In this document: positions 12,171 through 23,790 of the stretch, one piece after another
Layout: each line of letters opens with the position of its first letter
Position numbering within the stretch: the first letter of the stretch is position 1
Assembly (NCBI GenBank): GCA_013265495.1
Contig: MU058463.1
Span: forward strand, 186,001 to 250,000
Direction: 5' to 3'
DNA length: 64,000 bases
Origin: Vicugna vicugna
Lineage: Eukaryota
Position numbers and translations under genes: made by a program
The notes under the pieces: model-generated
The model's input: the letters and a program-made list of their open reading frames with translations, nothing else
Database searches by the model: none
Told to the model about the DNA's origin: nothing

Positions 12171-13655
12171 AGAGAAGTTTGTATCTGGATATATATTGCT
12201 ACATGCAACAAAACTGGACATTTTTGGCATTAGCTTAATAGAAGTGGACAGGCAATAGGTAGCAAAGTGCTGGAGACAGACTGGAAAACTGATGATCCTT
12301 TTTATGAGATAGAAAAAAAACGAAACAAAACATATGACTAAAGAATGACTTGTTTCACCAGAGAAGCCAGAATATGTTCCGACCAAAGTGTTATTATGGG
12401 AAAATTATAGAAAATGTTTTATGCTGATGTTTATCGGCCACATTTTGCTGCTTTCAGCCAAATTCTATGAAAGAGATAAATTTAGGCTTGATATAGCCAG
12501 AATGTAAGCTGAGAAGGGAATAGAGTCTCAAAAGGAAGGAGTTTTCTACCTGTGCCCTACCATCTGAAATTTCTGAGTATGATATTTTGGAGCCCTTGAG
12601 ATTTGTAGAAGCCAAAATAGGTTAACAATGAATGTTTTTCCAATTTGTCAGTGTTGGCAACTCAGATGCTGTAACGCACAGATTTTGGACTGCTGGATTA
12701 CAAAAAATTTGTGGTTTTCCTTTTCCAGCCAGGTCCATGTTATCAGATATATTTCAAGTATTTCCCTGTAAATTGAGAGGTGGAAAAATAAATAAGGACT
12801 TAGTCTTAATACTCAGAACTGATCCACATAGAATACTTGGATGTTGCCACCTGCCCATAAAAGTTGCTGGAAAAACATTAAATTAGAAAAAACTCTATGT
12901 TTGACTGGAATTTATTTCCAAAAGAACTAAAAAGCATGGCCTACAAAATCTTCCTCCTTTTCTAAAGCTACATATTCAGACCTTCAGCAAGAGGAAGTCT
13001 ATAAGAATGTGAAGCTCTCAACAGTAGATTAGCATCTATTGCTTTTATTGGATATTGTAATGCAATTATTTTCTGATGAAACTTGAGAAAGAATACCCAA
13101 AGAGAACCAGAGGTCTTAAAGGAAAATATGGGGATTGAGGGAGGAACTCATAAAAAGAACTATGTGCTGACAGACGGGATACAAGACGGCCAAGGAATTT
13201 ATTTTACTGCTGGAAAAGAAAGTATTTACACTTACAAGCCAATAGAATTTAATAACGTCAACTCTATTTTTCACTTCAATTATGTTTTTCTTTTAAAAAG
13301 TAATATAGTCTTATAGTTATTCTATTCCTATTATTCTATTATAAGTGGTTAACTTGTCTAGATTTCTTTTCAATGGATCTCATACACTGACGCTTGATTT
13401 AATTATACAATTCAGTTCATGGCATATTATCTGTACTGACCTGTAAAAAGCTCCTCATGCATGTATGTGTGAATGTATATCTTTATGTATATGTGTATTT
13501 CTTCCTTTCTGAAGCAGATGGACAGGATCACATATAAGTAAGAGGTCTTGGACTTTGAAGTGGATGTAGCTGGGTTGTCTTTCTTCAGGTAAGTTGAGTA
13601 TGTTCTTTGTTCAGGAAGAATGGTGTGCCAAGATCACTTAACAGTGAAAGGTTAC
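12171..13655 (+). mobile_element. MLT1 internal region (degenerate, non-coding)
   Basis: Begins with an MLT1-int-like leader (gtatctgga...tgctacatgcaacaaaac...tggcattagctt...gactggaaaactgatgatcc) and is bracketed by two same-orientation LTRs. Confidence 0.6.
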
Positions 13656-13659
13656 GATA

Positions 13660-14110
13660 ATTATAGAAAAGCGGTTTGGGGCTCCAATATTCTTTCCCTC
13701 ACTCTTAGCGTAGTAACAAAATCACAGGTTTTTAGCTACTGCATTATCATTTGGAAAAAAAAATTCTTGTAACTAGGTAAGGACATGTAACTATATTTTT
13801 GATCAATGAGATGCATGAGAAAGTGCCAGGTACCAGCTTTTAGGAGCTATTAGAAAAAGAGAACTCTAAATTACTCCTTGCTTCTTTTCTTCTTCACCTA
13901 GTCCTTCCTGATGGCTCTTACGAGGATTTGGTTTTCCAGGTTGGATTAGTAATGATGGTTGCCAGGATTTCTGATGACCTAAGGGTACCATGTCACCCTT
14001 CGTTGCTAACATTTGAAATTTATTTTTTAGAGAAAGAACCCCTCTCATAATTAATTCACTGCTATTTTTGACTTTCAATAACTCACAGCAGACCTTAATT
14101 CTAACTGATA
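13660..14110 (+). mobile_element. MLT1 (I/J-like) 3' LTR
   Basis: cttgtaactaggtaaggacatgtaacta...gatcaatgagatg...cacagcagaccttaattctaactgata. Confidence 0.72.
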
Positions 14111-14334
14111 AATCTAGTTACGTGTTTTGTACACAAAAGATGCACCAACTTGATTATTTATCATTTTAAAAGGGGAGAGGAGAATGTCAAGACAGAAAGA
14201 GAACAAGTAATACCCTATTGTTAAAAAATTTACCCTTGTTTAAATTTATAGTAATGTCTAGTGTTTGGAATATAGAAGCTATCTTGTATTAGTTTCTTTT
14301 TATATCCACATTTCCCTATGTTACCCTTTAAGAG

Positions 14335-14400
14335 ATAAAAAGCCCCAAATCACACATCTAGTAAATGATTTAGCTGAGATTTAAACCCAAGCCTGATACA
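14335..14400 (-). mobile_element. MIR fragment
   Basis: cccaaatcacacatctagtaaatgatttagctgagatttaaacccaagc. Confidence 0.65.
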
Positions 14401-15545
14401 GGGTAGTTGATACTTTTGGGCTACATATACTCTTGCTCCTAGTAGGAGGTAAGAACTAAACTTAATCAAAGAATAATGACAATCCCTGTCAAAGGTAATG
14501 AATGCAAATATGCAGCCAGCTACAAATTAATAGTTTTGACTTCACCAGCCAAAATCAGAAGTTCTAGTAGAAGAGGAGGTAAGAAGACAACCATAAGGAC
14601 ACTATACAGAATATATTTTGCTCACTTTAAAACTCAAAAGAGTAAAGTTTCCTAGATTGTTTTTAGGTGAAGACTTGTCTTCATAGTGCATATTTGATTC
14701 AAAACCTAAATGTTAGATTACATAAAAAGGAGTTCAATAACGTCAAGCTGTGTCAGCAGATACATTTACATGTCACCCCCTTGGTATAATCAATTTTCAT
14801 TTCTTCTCTACAACTAGATTATATTAGTTATCATAAAACTTTAAGTACATTGTCATCAATGTATGATTATTAGACAAATACCATTGGCAACATTATGAAA
14901 AATGTAAGAATATAGATCATGTTTAGTTTAAATGAGAAAAATACATATCCTAGCTTTTGAATATTTGGGAAATATTCTGAATTTTACTTGTCTCAGGAAA
15001 GTTAGTAGAAATTGTTATGTTAATACATTTTGGAATGTTTGCTGTTATTTAATAAGAAAAAATATTCAAGTCTGTGAAGAATTGTTGGCAACGTATTTTT
15101 AGGCAAATTACCACAGGACATGTGATAAGTGGAAACGTAAACTATGCTATGAAGGATAAGATAATGCTCACTAATCTTTACATATTTATTTTCAGTAAAA
15201 CTACTTATTCTACAATAGTGAAAATGGTCACTTACTTGTGTTGAGTGTGTTTTCAAGCCAATCTAAGCTATTCTCATCTTCTACTCTAATTATTGTGTTT
15301 AGACTAAAATTTTACTTCTCAGATTTTTCAAAACACTTATGATTTCCCTAATACATTATGCACCTTTTGTAAAAATTAGAGATTTTAAAATATTAAAAAC
15401 ATTTTTACTATATGATTTCATAATCTAATCAAGTAATTCTACTCATAAAGTATGTACAAAGATGTTATCTTTATCATCTATCATCTATGTATGTATCTAA
15501 ACAGTGGAATGGAAAGGAATGTAAGTATTCAACAAATATTGGAAA

Positions 15546-15800
15546 GGGGTTGGGAAGGGATAAATTGGGAGTTCGAGATTTGCAGATACTAACACATACA
15601 AAATAGATAAACAAGTTCATACTGTACAGCAAAGGGAACTATATTCAATATCTTGTAGTAACTTATGGTGAAAAAGAATATAAAAATGAATATATGTATG
15701 TTCCTGTATGACTGAAGCATTATGCTGTACACCAGAAATTGACACAATATTGTAAACTGACTATACTTCAATAAATATATATACAAATATATATATATAA
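15546..15800 (+). mobile_element. 5'-truncated cetartiodactyl-type L1 3' end with a (TA)-converted tail
   Basis: gggaagggataaattgggagtt...agggaactatattcaatatcttgtag...tatacttcaataaa; degenerate TSD aacaaatattggaaa (15531-15545) / aaccaatattgaaaa (15801-15815). Confidence 0.92.
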
Positions 15801-17481
15801 AACCAATATTGAAAAAATGGAGAATATATTAGTAATTCATAGGATAGAATCATATCCAATTATTGAAGTGTCATTATTTATCAAGGAGAAACACATCTGG
15901 CACTTCTGAGTTACTTGAGGTAAGAGTTCAATTTTCTGACAGAATTGGTGGGCTGGATGTGACATTGCCCTTGTGGCTCCAAAGCATTATTGCAAATCCA
16001 TAAATCCCACCCAGAAATCCCTGATTTCCTTTCTGTTTATGCAAATATCGGTACATATTTAGATTTAAATGCCCTCAAGGTATTTTTTGTCTTATAACTG
16101 AAATTTAAATACATAGATTCACACACACAGCATAATCAGATTTATTTCTCTTTCTCTAAGTTCCTGAGGAAAATTTTAAGGGGAGAGGAATGGGGACACC
16201 ATCTCATTAACTGAGTACAGTAATTCATTATACCCTTTCAGAACTAACGTATGGAAGGTAACACCACTTAGTCATGTTGGGTGTAGGGGGAATGAGAAGT
16301 AGCAATTCGTGTAAAACGCCTCCTGATCTTAATATCCACCCTCTGAGAAAGCTATTCTACTAGTAGCAAAACAGAGCAAATTGTGAGTCACTAGATCAGT
16401 TTTCCAACGTGATTTTCTGTTTCCTTAAGTATCTGAAATTTAGTCAATTATAAACATATATATTCAGGATATGTTTTTTTCTATACTTCTGTGGCATAAA
16501 ATAAGCTCCTTATATTTTTATGTAAAGAAAAACTTTTAATGAAACTTTATTATTATAAAATTATTGACCAAAGCAAAGGACTTAGGCTATTTCAAATGAA
16601 CTATTACATAAATAAAATATTTAAATCAATATAGTTTAGGTAGTAATTAAGAATACAGAGAATCATAAGCAAATGTAAAACTGACAGCTATATTTAGTAG
16701 CTGTTGTCATTATGTTCACCAAAACATACTGTTTAAACTTAAATTTTAACCAATTAGAAATTAACAAATTAAAAATTATTTCATTGGGTACTATTATGGA
16801 TATGCTGCTTTTTAAGTAATATTTTTTTTATTCTACAATTTTGAAATCCCAGTCTTAAGTAATATTTTTAATAAAAATCACATTTATCCAAAAATTTTAA
16901 AGAGCTATTCACATGTGCTTAAGATAGTGAGTTTATACATTTATGGGGAAAAAAAAACCTAGTTGTAAGATGAAAAATAGTGGAATAGTAACAAAAGTTA
17001 AGCCAGAATTCCAATAACTTTAATAAGAGGCCTGGGATCTGGTGTCTTTTGATCATTACTGATACTAAAAATGCTATTTGTCTTAAACAACAAAAAAGTC
17101 ATCCCATTAGTCAGCAAAAAATACATATTTTAAAATAACTGATATAAAATTGATGTTTTTAAAATTATTTTCAAAATATTACTTACAAATAAGACAATAT
17201 ATCTATACATAAAGGACATGAATAATTATTTGTGTGTTAAATGTCTACTTGAATTTAAAAATCAAATACATTAAGAAGAAAAGAATAAAAGTGATGCAAA
17301 CAAGTTTGTTTAATTGTGATGGGAGTCATATATTCTGTTGTTTTGAAAATGATTTAAAGTATAGTTTATTAAATTAGTGTTTGTAAAACTACTAGTAGAA
17401 ACTACAAGATATAATTTTGTAGATATTCAAATAAAAACGAAAAAAAAAAAAGCCTGTAAGTTTGTACAAGTCAAAAACAAA

Positions 17482-17581
17482 AAAGATCTTTTTGATTTTC
17501 AGTGTGTTTTTACAAGACTAATTTCATCAATTTGGTTTATCTTTTAGTCAAAACATACACTGAAACATCAAAATAGTCTTT
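17482..17581. repeat. Imperfect inverted repeat (arms of about 40 bp, loop of about 22 nt)
   Basis: Left arm aaagatctttttgattttcagtgtgtttttacaagactaa; reverse complement of right arm aaagactattttgatgtttcagtgtatgttttgactaa. Confidence 0.8.
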
Positions 17582-19287
17582 CTTAGGTTTATTTATAGCA
17601 TTTCAGTAATTTAGTGATAATCAGAAGTTAACATGTAAATTACTAAGAAACATCCAACATTCAGAATAATGATTAATGATAACAAAAGCAAAGTATTTTA
17701 TACCATAGAGATGACAGAGAGGGAGAAAATGGAGAAAGAGGAGAGACAGAGGAATAAAAATAGCAGGAAGAGAAGTAAGAGGATACAATTTCAAGCATTT
17801 CTTTAATATCACTGACTTACAATGCCAAACAGAATTCTTTGCACATTAGAAAAGAAAATAAAAAAACCTGCTAATGTCAGAATCATAGTGGGCTAAATAA
17901 GAACAGACGTTAGCAATATTTTGTCCTCATTCAAAAAAAAAAGTAAAACCAAATATGTTCATCCATATTTGATAATTTAAATATTTCAAATAAATGTTCA
18001 TCTTTTTTATTTTGAAAATCCTAAATTCTAACTAATTTTTATTTAACTGTTCCCAGCCTTCCTCCTACATCAGTTCTATATTTATTGTTACTCCTACTTG
18101 ATAAACTGTGCAAGCTTCCAAAATATATTTCTTTCCCATTTGTTTCAGCATTTCATGCTGTTTGTTAGTCATTAAAATTTCTTTTTCCTTTTATCCCCAT
18201 GAAAAATCACTTAGGGAGAGTGCCTTATCATGCTCTCTAAAATAATTTTGGGTAAGAAAATAGTCAACTGTATTTCTTAAAAATAATTTTCAAAATAAAA
18301 TGCTGTTCCCTTAAAAAAGCAGTAAATTGAATGTTTTGTACATGGAAAAGTTAGATTAAATTAAAATGTTTTGTTTCTATATATTGCTTTAATTTGGCCA
18401 GAAAATTACATGTGTGCTCCTCAAATTTTTTTTAGCAGTATTTACTTTGCATATCACTCTAAAAGAAAAGAAATACCAGTGACCATTCACCTCTGGCAAT
18501 ATTTTTACCAGTACAAATGGATGAGTAAAGGAAGAAATATCTTTAGAGTAATTAGAAATAATATACCAAAAAATTTATAGCAAATAGTGTGAAAACAAAT
18601 AGGACTGTTATCATTATGTACAGAATTGCTCCAATACTCATGAAATATATTTATAGTCAATGCTCATTCTTCATTAAAATGTGGTGAATGCACTTCAGCC
18701 AGCTGTTTTTCTGTTTAGAGTGGCAACAGTGAAGCCAATAGCCATGATCAATTTATACGTAAGTGGGATGATTGGAAGAAAGTATAATTTAAAATCAATG
18801 TCATCTAAAGCCAATATCAAAGATAAGTCACTTAATGAAGAATATTTATAAAGACCTATTTGCCAAATTCACACTCACCAACTTTAATGATTCTTAAGTA
18901 ATGGGACAACTATGCGTTTTTACAGCATTTTTACATCTTTCCATGTATTGTCAAATGTGAACCTTTGCTTAAATCTCCTTTAAATAAAGTAATGAAAATG
19001 AAAATGTTTCTCATACTATTTAGCAAAATTAAAACTAGAAGTATACTAGTATAATTGTAGTTAGTATAAATTAAGAATTTACAGATTTTTTTATATTCTA
19101 AAATACTGTTTGCTTGAACTGACAGACCCTGACTTTTATTCTTTGATTTCATTATTTTGAGTAGTTTTGCCTCCTTTTGACAATTTCCTTAGTAATTTTG
19201 CTGGTTGTTTTTTACAGTTAATCCCTCTATTAAATGTAAAACAAACATTTCCTCATATGGAGCCAATGGCCTACATTTAATAGTTTT

Positions 19288-19306
19288 TGTGTGTGTGTGT
19301 GTGTGT
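19288..19306. repeat. (TG)n microsatellite
   Basis: Seen directly. Confidence 0.9.
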
Positions 19307-20959
19307 AATTTTGAAGAAACTTTATTACCTTTTCTTTCAATCACTTCAATAATTTCTTCTCATCCAATTTCTCTTCCCTACCTACTTGCATCTCCTATTA
19401 GATGACAGACACTGCAACCTTTTTCTTTTTCTCATATTTTTTCTGTTTGCTTTTTTCTCTTTCAGAGGATCACTTCCATTTATGAAGTAGCATTGAATGT
19501 GTCTTCTAAATGTGTATGTAATTTTTCTAAACAATCATGTTTTAATTTCTGACATTGTTATTTTTTCTGTTAGCTTACTTTCCTCATGTATAGATTTATA
19601 TTATTACAAAATTTTTCTAAGATGCTAATTAGTTTATTAAATATTTTAGTCTATAAGTTATTTTTGGATATAAAAATACAATTTATACATGTCTTTAACT
19701 TTTCTTAATTGTTATTTTCATATTTCTTCAAATATGTCTTCAATGTTTGTGATTCATTATCTTTAAAAAAAGCATTAATGGGAAAGCTTACTGGGAATTA
19801 TGTGAACAGGATTTTTGATATGCTAGAATGTATTACAGGATTACCAAAATGATAATTAATCATTATTTGGTAAGATATTAGATTTAGAGAATGAGAACCC
19901 TTAATATTAGGCTCACACATAGCTACCACCTCTGCCACAATGACTATTTCATTCACAGGTATATTCTATAAGATCTTCAGTGTCAAGAATGGTATCTAGA
20001 AAAGTCATCTTGGCCAAATAGTTCACTAGTTTTCATCTGCAGTAAATGCTTTTTGGGTACTGTTGTGTGATACAAAAGGCATACCCTGTATTACCATTAC
20101 TATGAGTCTACCCATATAACTCTTTCCTAAGCCTCTGATAAACATTTATTTCCCAATTTCTCTCATTCTTGATTATTAGCCAATAAGCCAAACCATTTAG
20201 ATATACCCATGGTTTCATGCATACCTTTATTTTGAAGAATCTTTAAACACAAAGTGTCTGACCACATCTAGTGCTCAAAGTAAAACAAAATATTTTAGGG
20301 TTATGTATGAATGGGACTATAGATTCTTTTCCTGGCCAGATAATCAAGGTAATGCCTTCCTCCAAAACAAAGGTTAAGATTGTTAGCAGCCCTTTGCAAG
20401 ACTGGTTTTTCCTAATCTCAGGCTTCCTCATTGTGACTTTGCTCAGTGATAACTATAGTAGTGCTAATTAAACAATAATTAAAATAATATTAAAAATAGC
20501 CTATTGAAGTTTAAAAACTATTGTTTAAATATTCAAACAAATAATACACTGACACCTTTAAGAAATTAAATCAAGTTTCTAGTATGGAAACATTTTAAAA
20601 CAATGATAACTTCCTATAATTCTAAAGTAGTGATAAATGTATAATTTCAGTTACTAGCTATATGTAAAATGAGTAATCCACATCCCAAGGTAAGCATGAT
20701 GATAGAAAAATGATTGTCACACCCTAAAAATCTGTGCCAGATGACAATTCAACATTGTAGGGAGCACTGGAATTTTGCAATAGATAATATGTAGTTGAGT
20801 GATGCCTACACATTTTGATAGCTGTATAACCTCAGGCAATGCATTTTAAGACTCTGAGAATTGGTGTCTTATTATATAAATTTAAAATAACAAAAACGTA
20901 TGCTCCATATTTTTACTCTGGATCAACTAAGATAATGGATACAGTCTCTTCCATGCATT

Positions 20960-21130
20960 TTCCATACATTTATGTCAGATTTATAATAAATATCTTCTTG
21001 TACCATAACTGTCTTATACACTTCCCCTTCTTTTAGTAGCTCATGAACTCCAAATACACAGAGACTAAATCTTGTTCAGTTATGTAACGCTCAAACACCT
21101 AGCACATTCCTTGTGTATAACAGACTTTTT
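20960..21130 (+). mobile_element. L2 3' end fragment
   Basis: tgaactcc...cagagactaaatcttgttcagttatgtaacgctcaaacacctagcacattccttg. Confidence 0.65.
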
Positions 21131-22127
21131 TTTATGGATCTCATTTTTTTAAACCATGCTGAGAATGTTCTCACTGAACTTTTACAGGTAGGTATAAGCA
21201 GTCCATAGAGAATTATTAACCTACTCATTAGATCAGGCTCAAAAAAAAAAAGCACCATAAATATTTTTAACAAGAGCTATGGATAATGTACCAACATTGC
21301 TTTTCAAAAAAATCAAGGCTTAAATTTTAGCTTTGTCCCTAATTAGGTACTTCAATTATTTTACAGAGTTTTATCATCTACAAATTAAGGATGAAATACT
21401 TATATTGCTGTGTTCTGGACATGATTAAATTGAAAGAAATAAAATGTATCAATCATTGATACGATGAGGGAAGATGTAGAGTCTAAATATCTCAATCAAT
21501 GGCATTATAGCTGTTTTGATAACAAATAACAAACGTCAAAGAATCCTGAGAAGTATATACTAAATTTTTCTTACAAATAGTTTCATTTAGACCTATGAAG
21601 AGAATAGAATATTAAACTAAATAATTGATTGATAATTTTTTAAGGTAGTTTGAAGAAAATTGAATTAACCACTGTATTTACTTTAAAAAAATTTCCCAAG
21701 TCCTGGTTATTTAAATATAGATGGAATGCTAAATATTGTGTTAGGCTTAGGTGTGTGTTCATTGATTAAATATTTTACATTAATCAGTAACATATGCAAA
21801 TAACACCTTTTCTAGGACAAGTAAAACTAGTTCCCTAAAAATAATCTGAAAAAAACACGATTTCAGGGACCTGAATTGTAGCTAAAATGTCATGTAAGAG
21901 GTAAGCAGTTCCTTAAGGAAAAAGTCAGTATTTGTAAGCTTATTTAGTTGTTGAAGGGCCTACCTATGTAAAGTAGCTATAGATGTAATTAAAGATCAAT
22001 TATACAGATTTATACATGAGATTTTGAATACTACGTGACTCTTTGTATTACAACTCATATTTAGGAAGGCCTTGGCCTCAAAATTAATTTTAAGGTTAGA
22101 TTATAATGAGTAAAGGATACTTTGTAT

Positions 22128-22865
22128 TGTACAGAAAATGTTGGACTTTACTTGAACGCTATGATCCTGGAAAATAGTGAAGGTTAAGAACTCTACCTCT
22201 TGTGTCCCAGAAAATGGGTTACTACAGAGAACCACCGTTCCTACAGAGAACCACAGTTCCTATGTAACTTACATAAGATTCACGGATAATCCCTTGTTTG
22301 CTTATGACAAGAATTTTGCCCTAAAACAGACTGCCAGATATTTCTCCAGTAAAGATGGGTTTATTTGGAATCAACAGGGAATGGCATTTAGAGTCTGCAA
22401 CCATGTCGAGTCACATGCAAGTCCCACGCAAGTCCCACAAGGCAAGGGAAAGAGAATACCTTTTACAGAAGAAAAAGATTCCTCCTTCTGGTCTCCAACT
22501 CTATTTAATTGAGGTTTCTGTTTATCAATTTTTGACAATGCCAAAACAGACCTTCCCTATTCCCATTCTTTGCCTCGTACATGACTTGCTGTGCTTCTTG
22601 TTACCACTAATCAATTGGAACAACGTGCTTGGTAACCACAAACGTTGAATGGGATTCTGTTCTTCTCCCCAGCTCTGAACTTTGGCCAGCCCTTAGCCTA
22701 AGCCAGCACACAGTCTTTCCTTAAGAAGACTTCCTAAAAAATAAAGGGGCCTTAGGGTAAAACATCTCAGACCTCCTATCTGTTCATACAACTCTTTCAC
22801 CCTGCTTCCTCACACTTGGTTCTTTCTAACCCTATATTCTTTCTCTATAAAAGAAAAGCCTTTTC
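22128..22865 (+). mobile_element. Old ERV1-class LTR (MER90/MER110-like), 3'-truncated, with a nested insertion
   Basis: gatcctggaaaatagtgaaggttaag...agaaccac...cccttgtttgcttatgacaa[insert]gccaaaacagaccttccctattcccattctttgcctc...ctataaaagaaaagcc. Confidence 0.7.
22312..22537 (-). mobile_element. Short LTR-like element nested in the previous LTR
   Basis: Interrupts the host LTR; gggtttatttgg (antisense AATAAA); ends ...ttttgaca (TG on the minus strand). Confidence 0.55.
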
Positions 22866-22976
22866 AGAGTGATCAGCAAAATCGCCAAAGAAGACATCCC
22901 TCACATGTATCCCTCCTTCAACAGCATTAATTTGGCATCCATGCAAGTTATTTTGTGGGATCTGTGGGTTCCAGGT
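22866..22976 (+). mobile_element. L1M 5' UTR start fragment
   Basis: agagtgatcagcaaaatcgc...aatttggcatccat...tttgtgggatctgtgggttccagg resembles L1MB/L1M3 5' ends. Confidence 0.5.
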
Positions 22977-23158
22977 ATACATATGTAAAATATAGACAAA
23001 TTTCTAGTAGATACACAATTTTAAAAAATGTGTGGAGTCTGAAATATAAAGCTCTAGCAATGATAGAAAGAAAAAAATGAAGGATAATTAAAACTGAATT
23101 AATGTGAACATCACAGCAGTGCATATGAAAAACTTTATGAATGCATACACATCTAGCA

Positions 23159-23370
23159 CAGGGGTAGGCATATTATGGTCCACAGGCAAAATCTGGCTCA
23201 CTGCATATTTTTGTCAATCAAGTTATATTGCAGCACAGCGATGATTACTCACCTACGGCTACTTTTTGTGCTATAAGAGCAGAGTTTAGTAGTTACAACA
23301 GACTGTCCGGCCTAGAAAGCCTAAAATACTTATTGTCTGGACCTTTATTGCAAACAATTTCTGACCTCTG
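23159..23370 (+). mobile_element. MER58A hAT-Charlie MITE
   Basis: TIR-like ends caggggtaggca / tctgacctctg; internal gcagagtttagtagttacaacagac...aagcctaaaatact; degenerate 8-bp TSD atctagca/ggctagta. Confidence 0.88.
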
Positions 23371-23439
23371 GGCTAGTATAATAGAGATTAGCAAATGTTT
23401 CTACCAGATTTTGAGAAAAATGAATCAACCAAGAATTAA

Positions 23440-23790
23440 AGAGAAAAGTTACAGAAAATTGGAAAAAATTCTACACTCAAGACATAATTAGACCACAAGG
23501 GTTCTATGGATGAATTCTAATAAACCAGCAAGCAACAGCTAATCAATTACATTATATAGAATATTATATTTCAAAGAATGCAATGTAAAATTTTGTAACA
23601 TTCTACAATGCTGGTATAATCTAAAACTACATTTAGGCAAGAATATCATGGAAGTTAAAAATCCCACTGAGAAACTAGATCCTAAACTCCAAAATCAAAT
23701 AAGTCTAGTAGAATACTAAAATCATACCCAATACAATGTTGGTTAATTCTTGGCAAACAAGATCAGTTTAACAATTAAAAAAGTATTTCT
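23440..23790 (+). mobile_element. Ancient L1 ORF2 fragment (RT-proximal), degenerate
   Basis: ggatgaattctaataaac...gttggttaattcttggcaaacaagatcagtttaacaattaaaaaa resembles the L1 ORF2 GEFYQ...GFIPG region. Confidence 0.5.
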
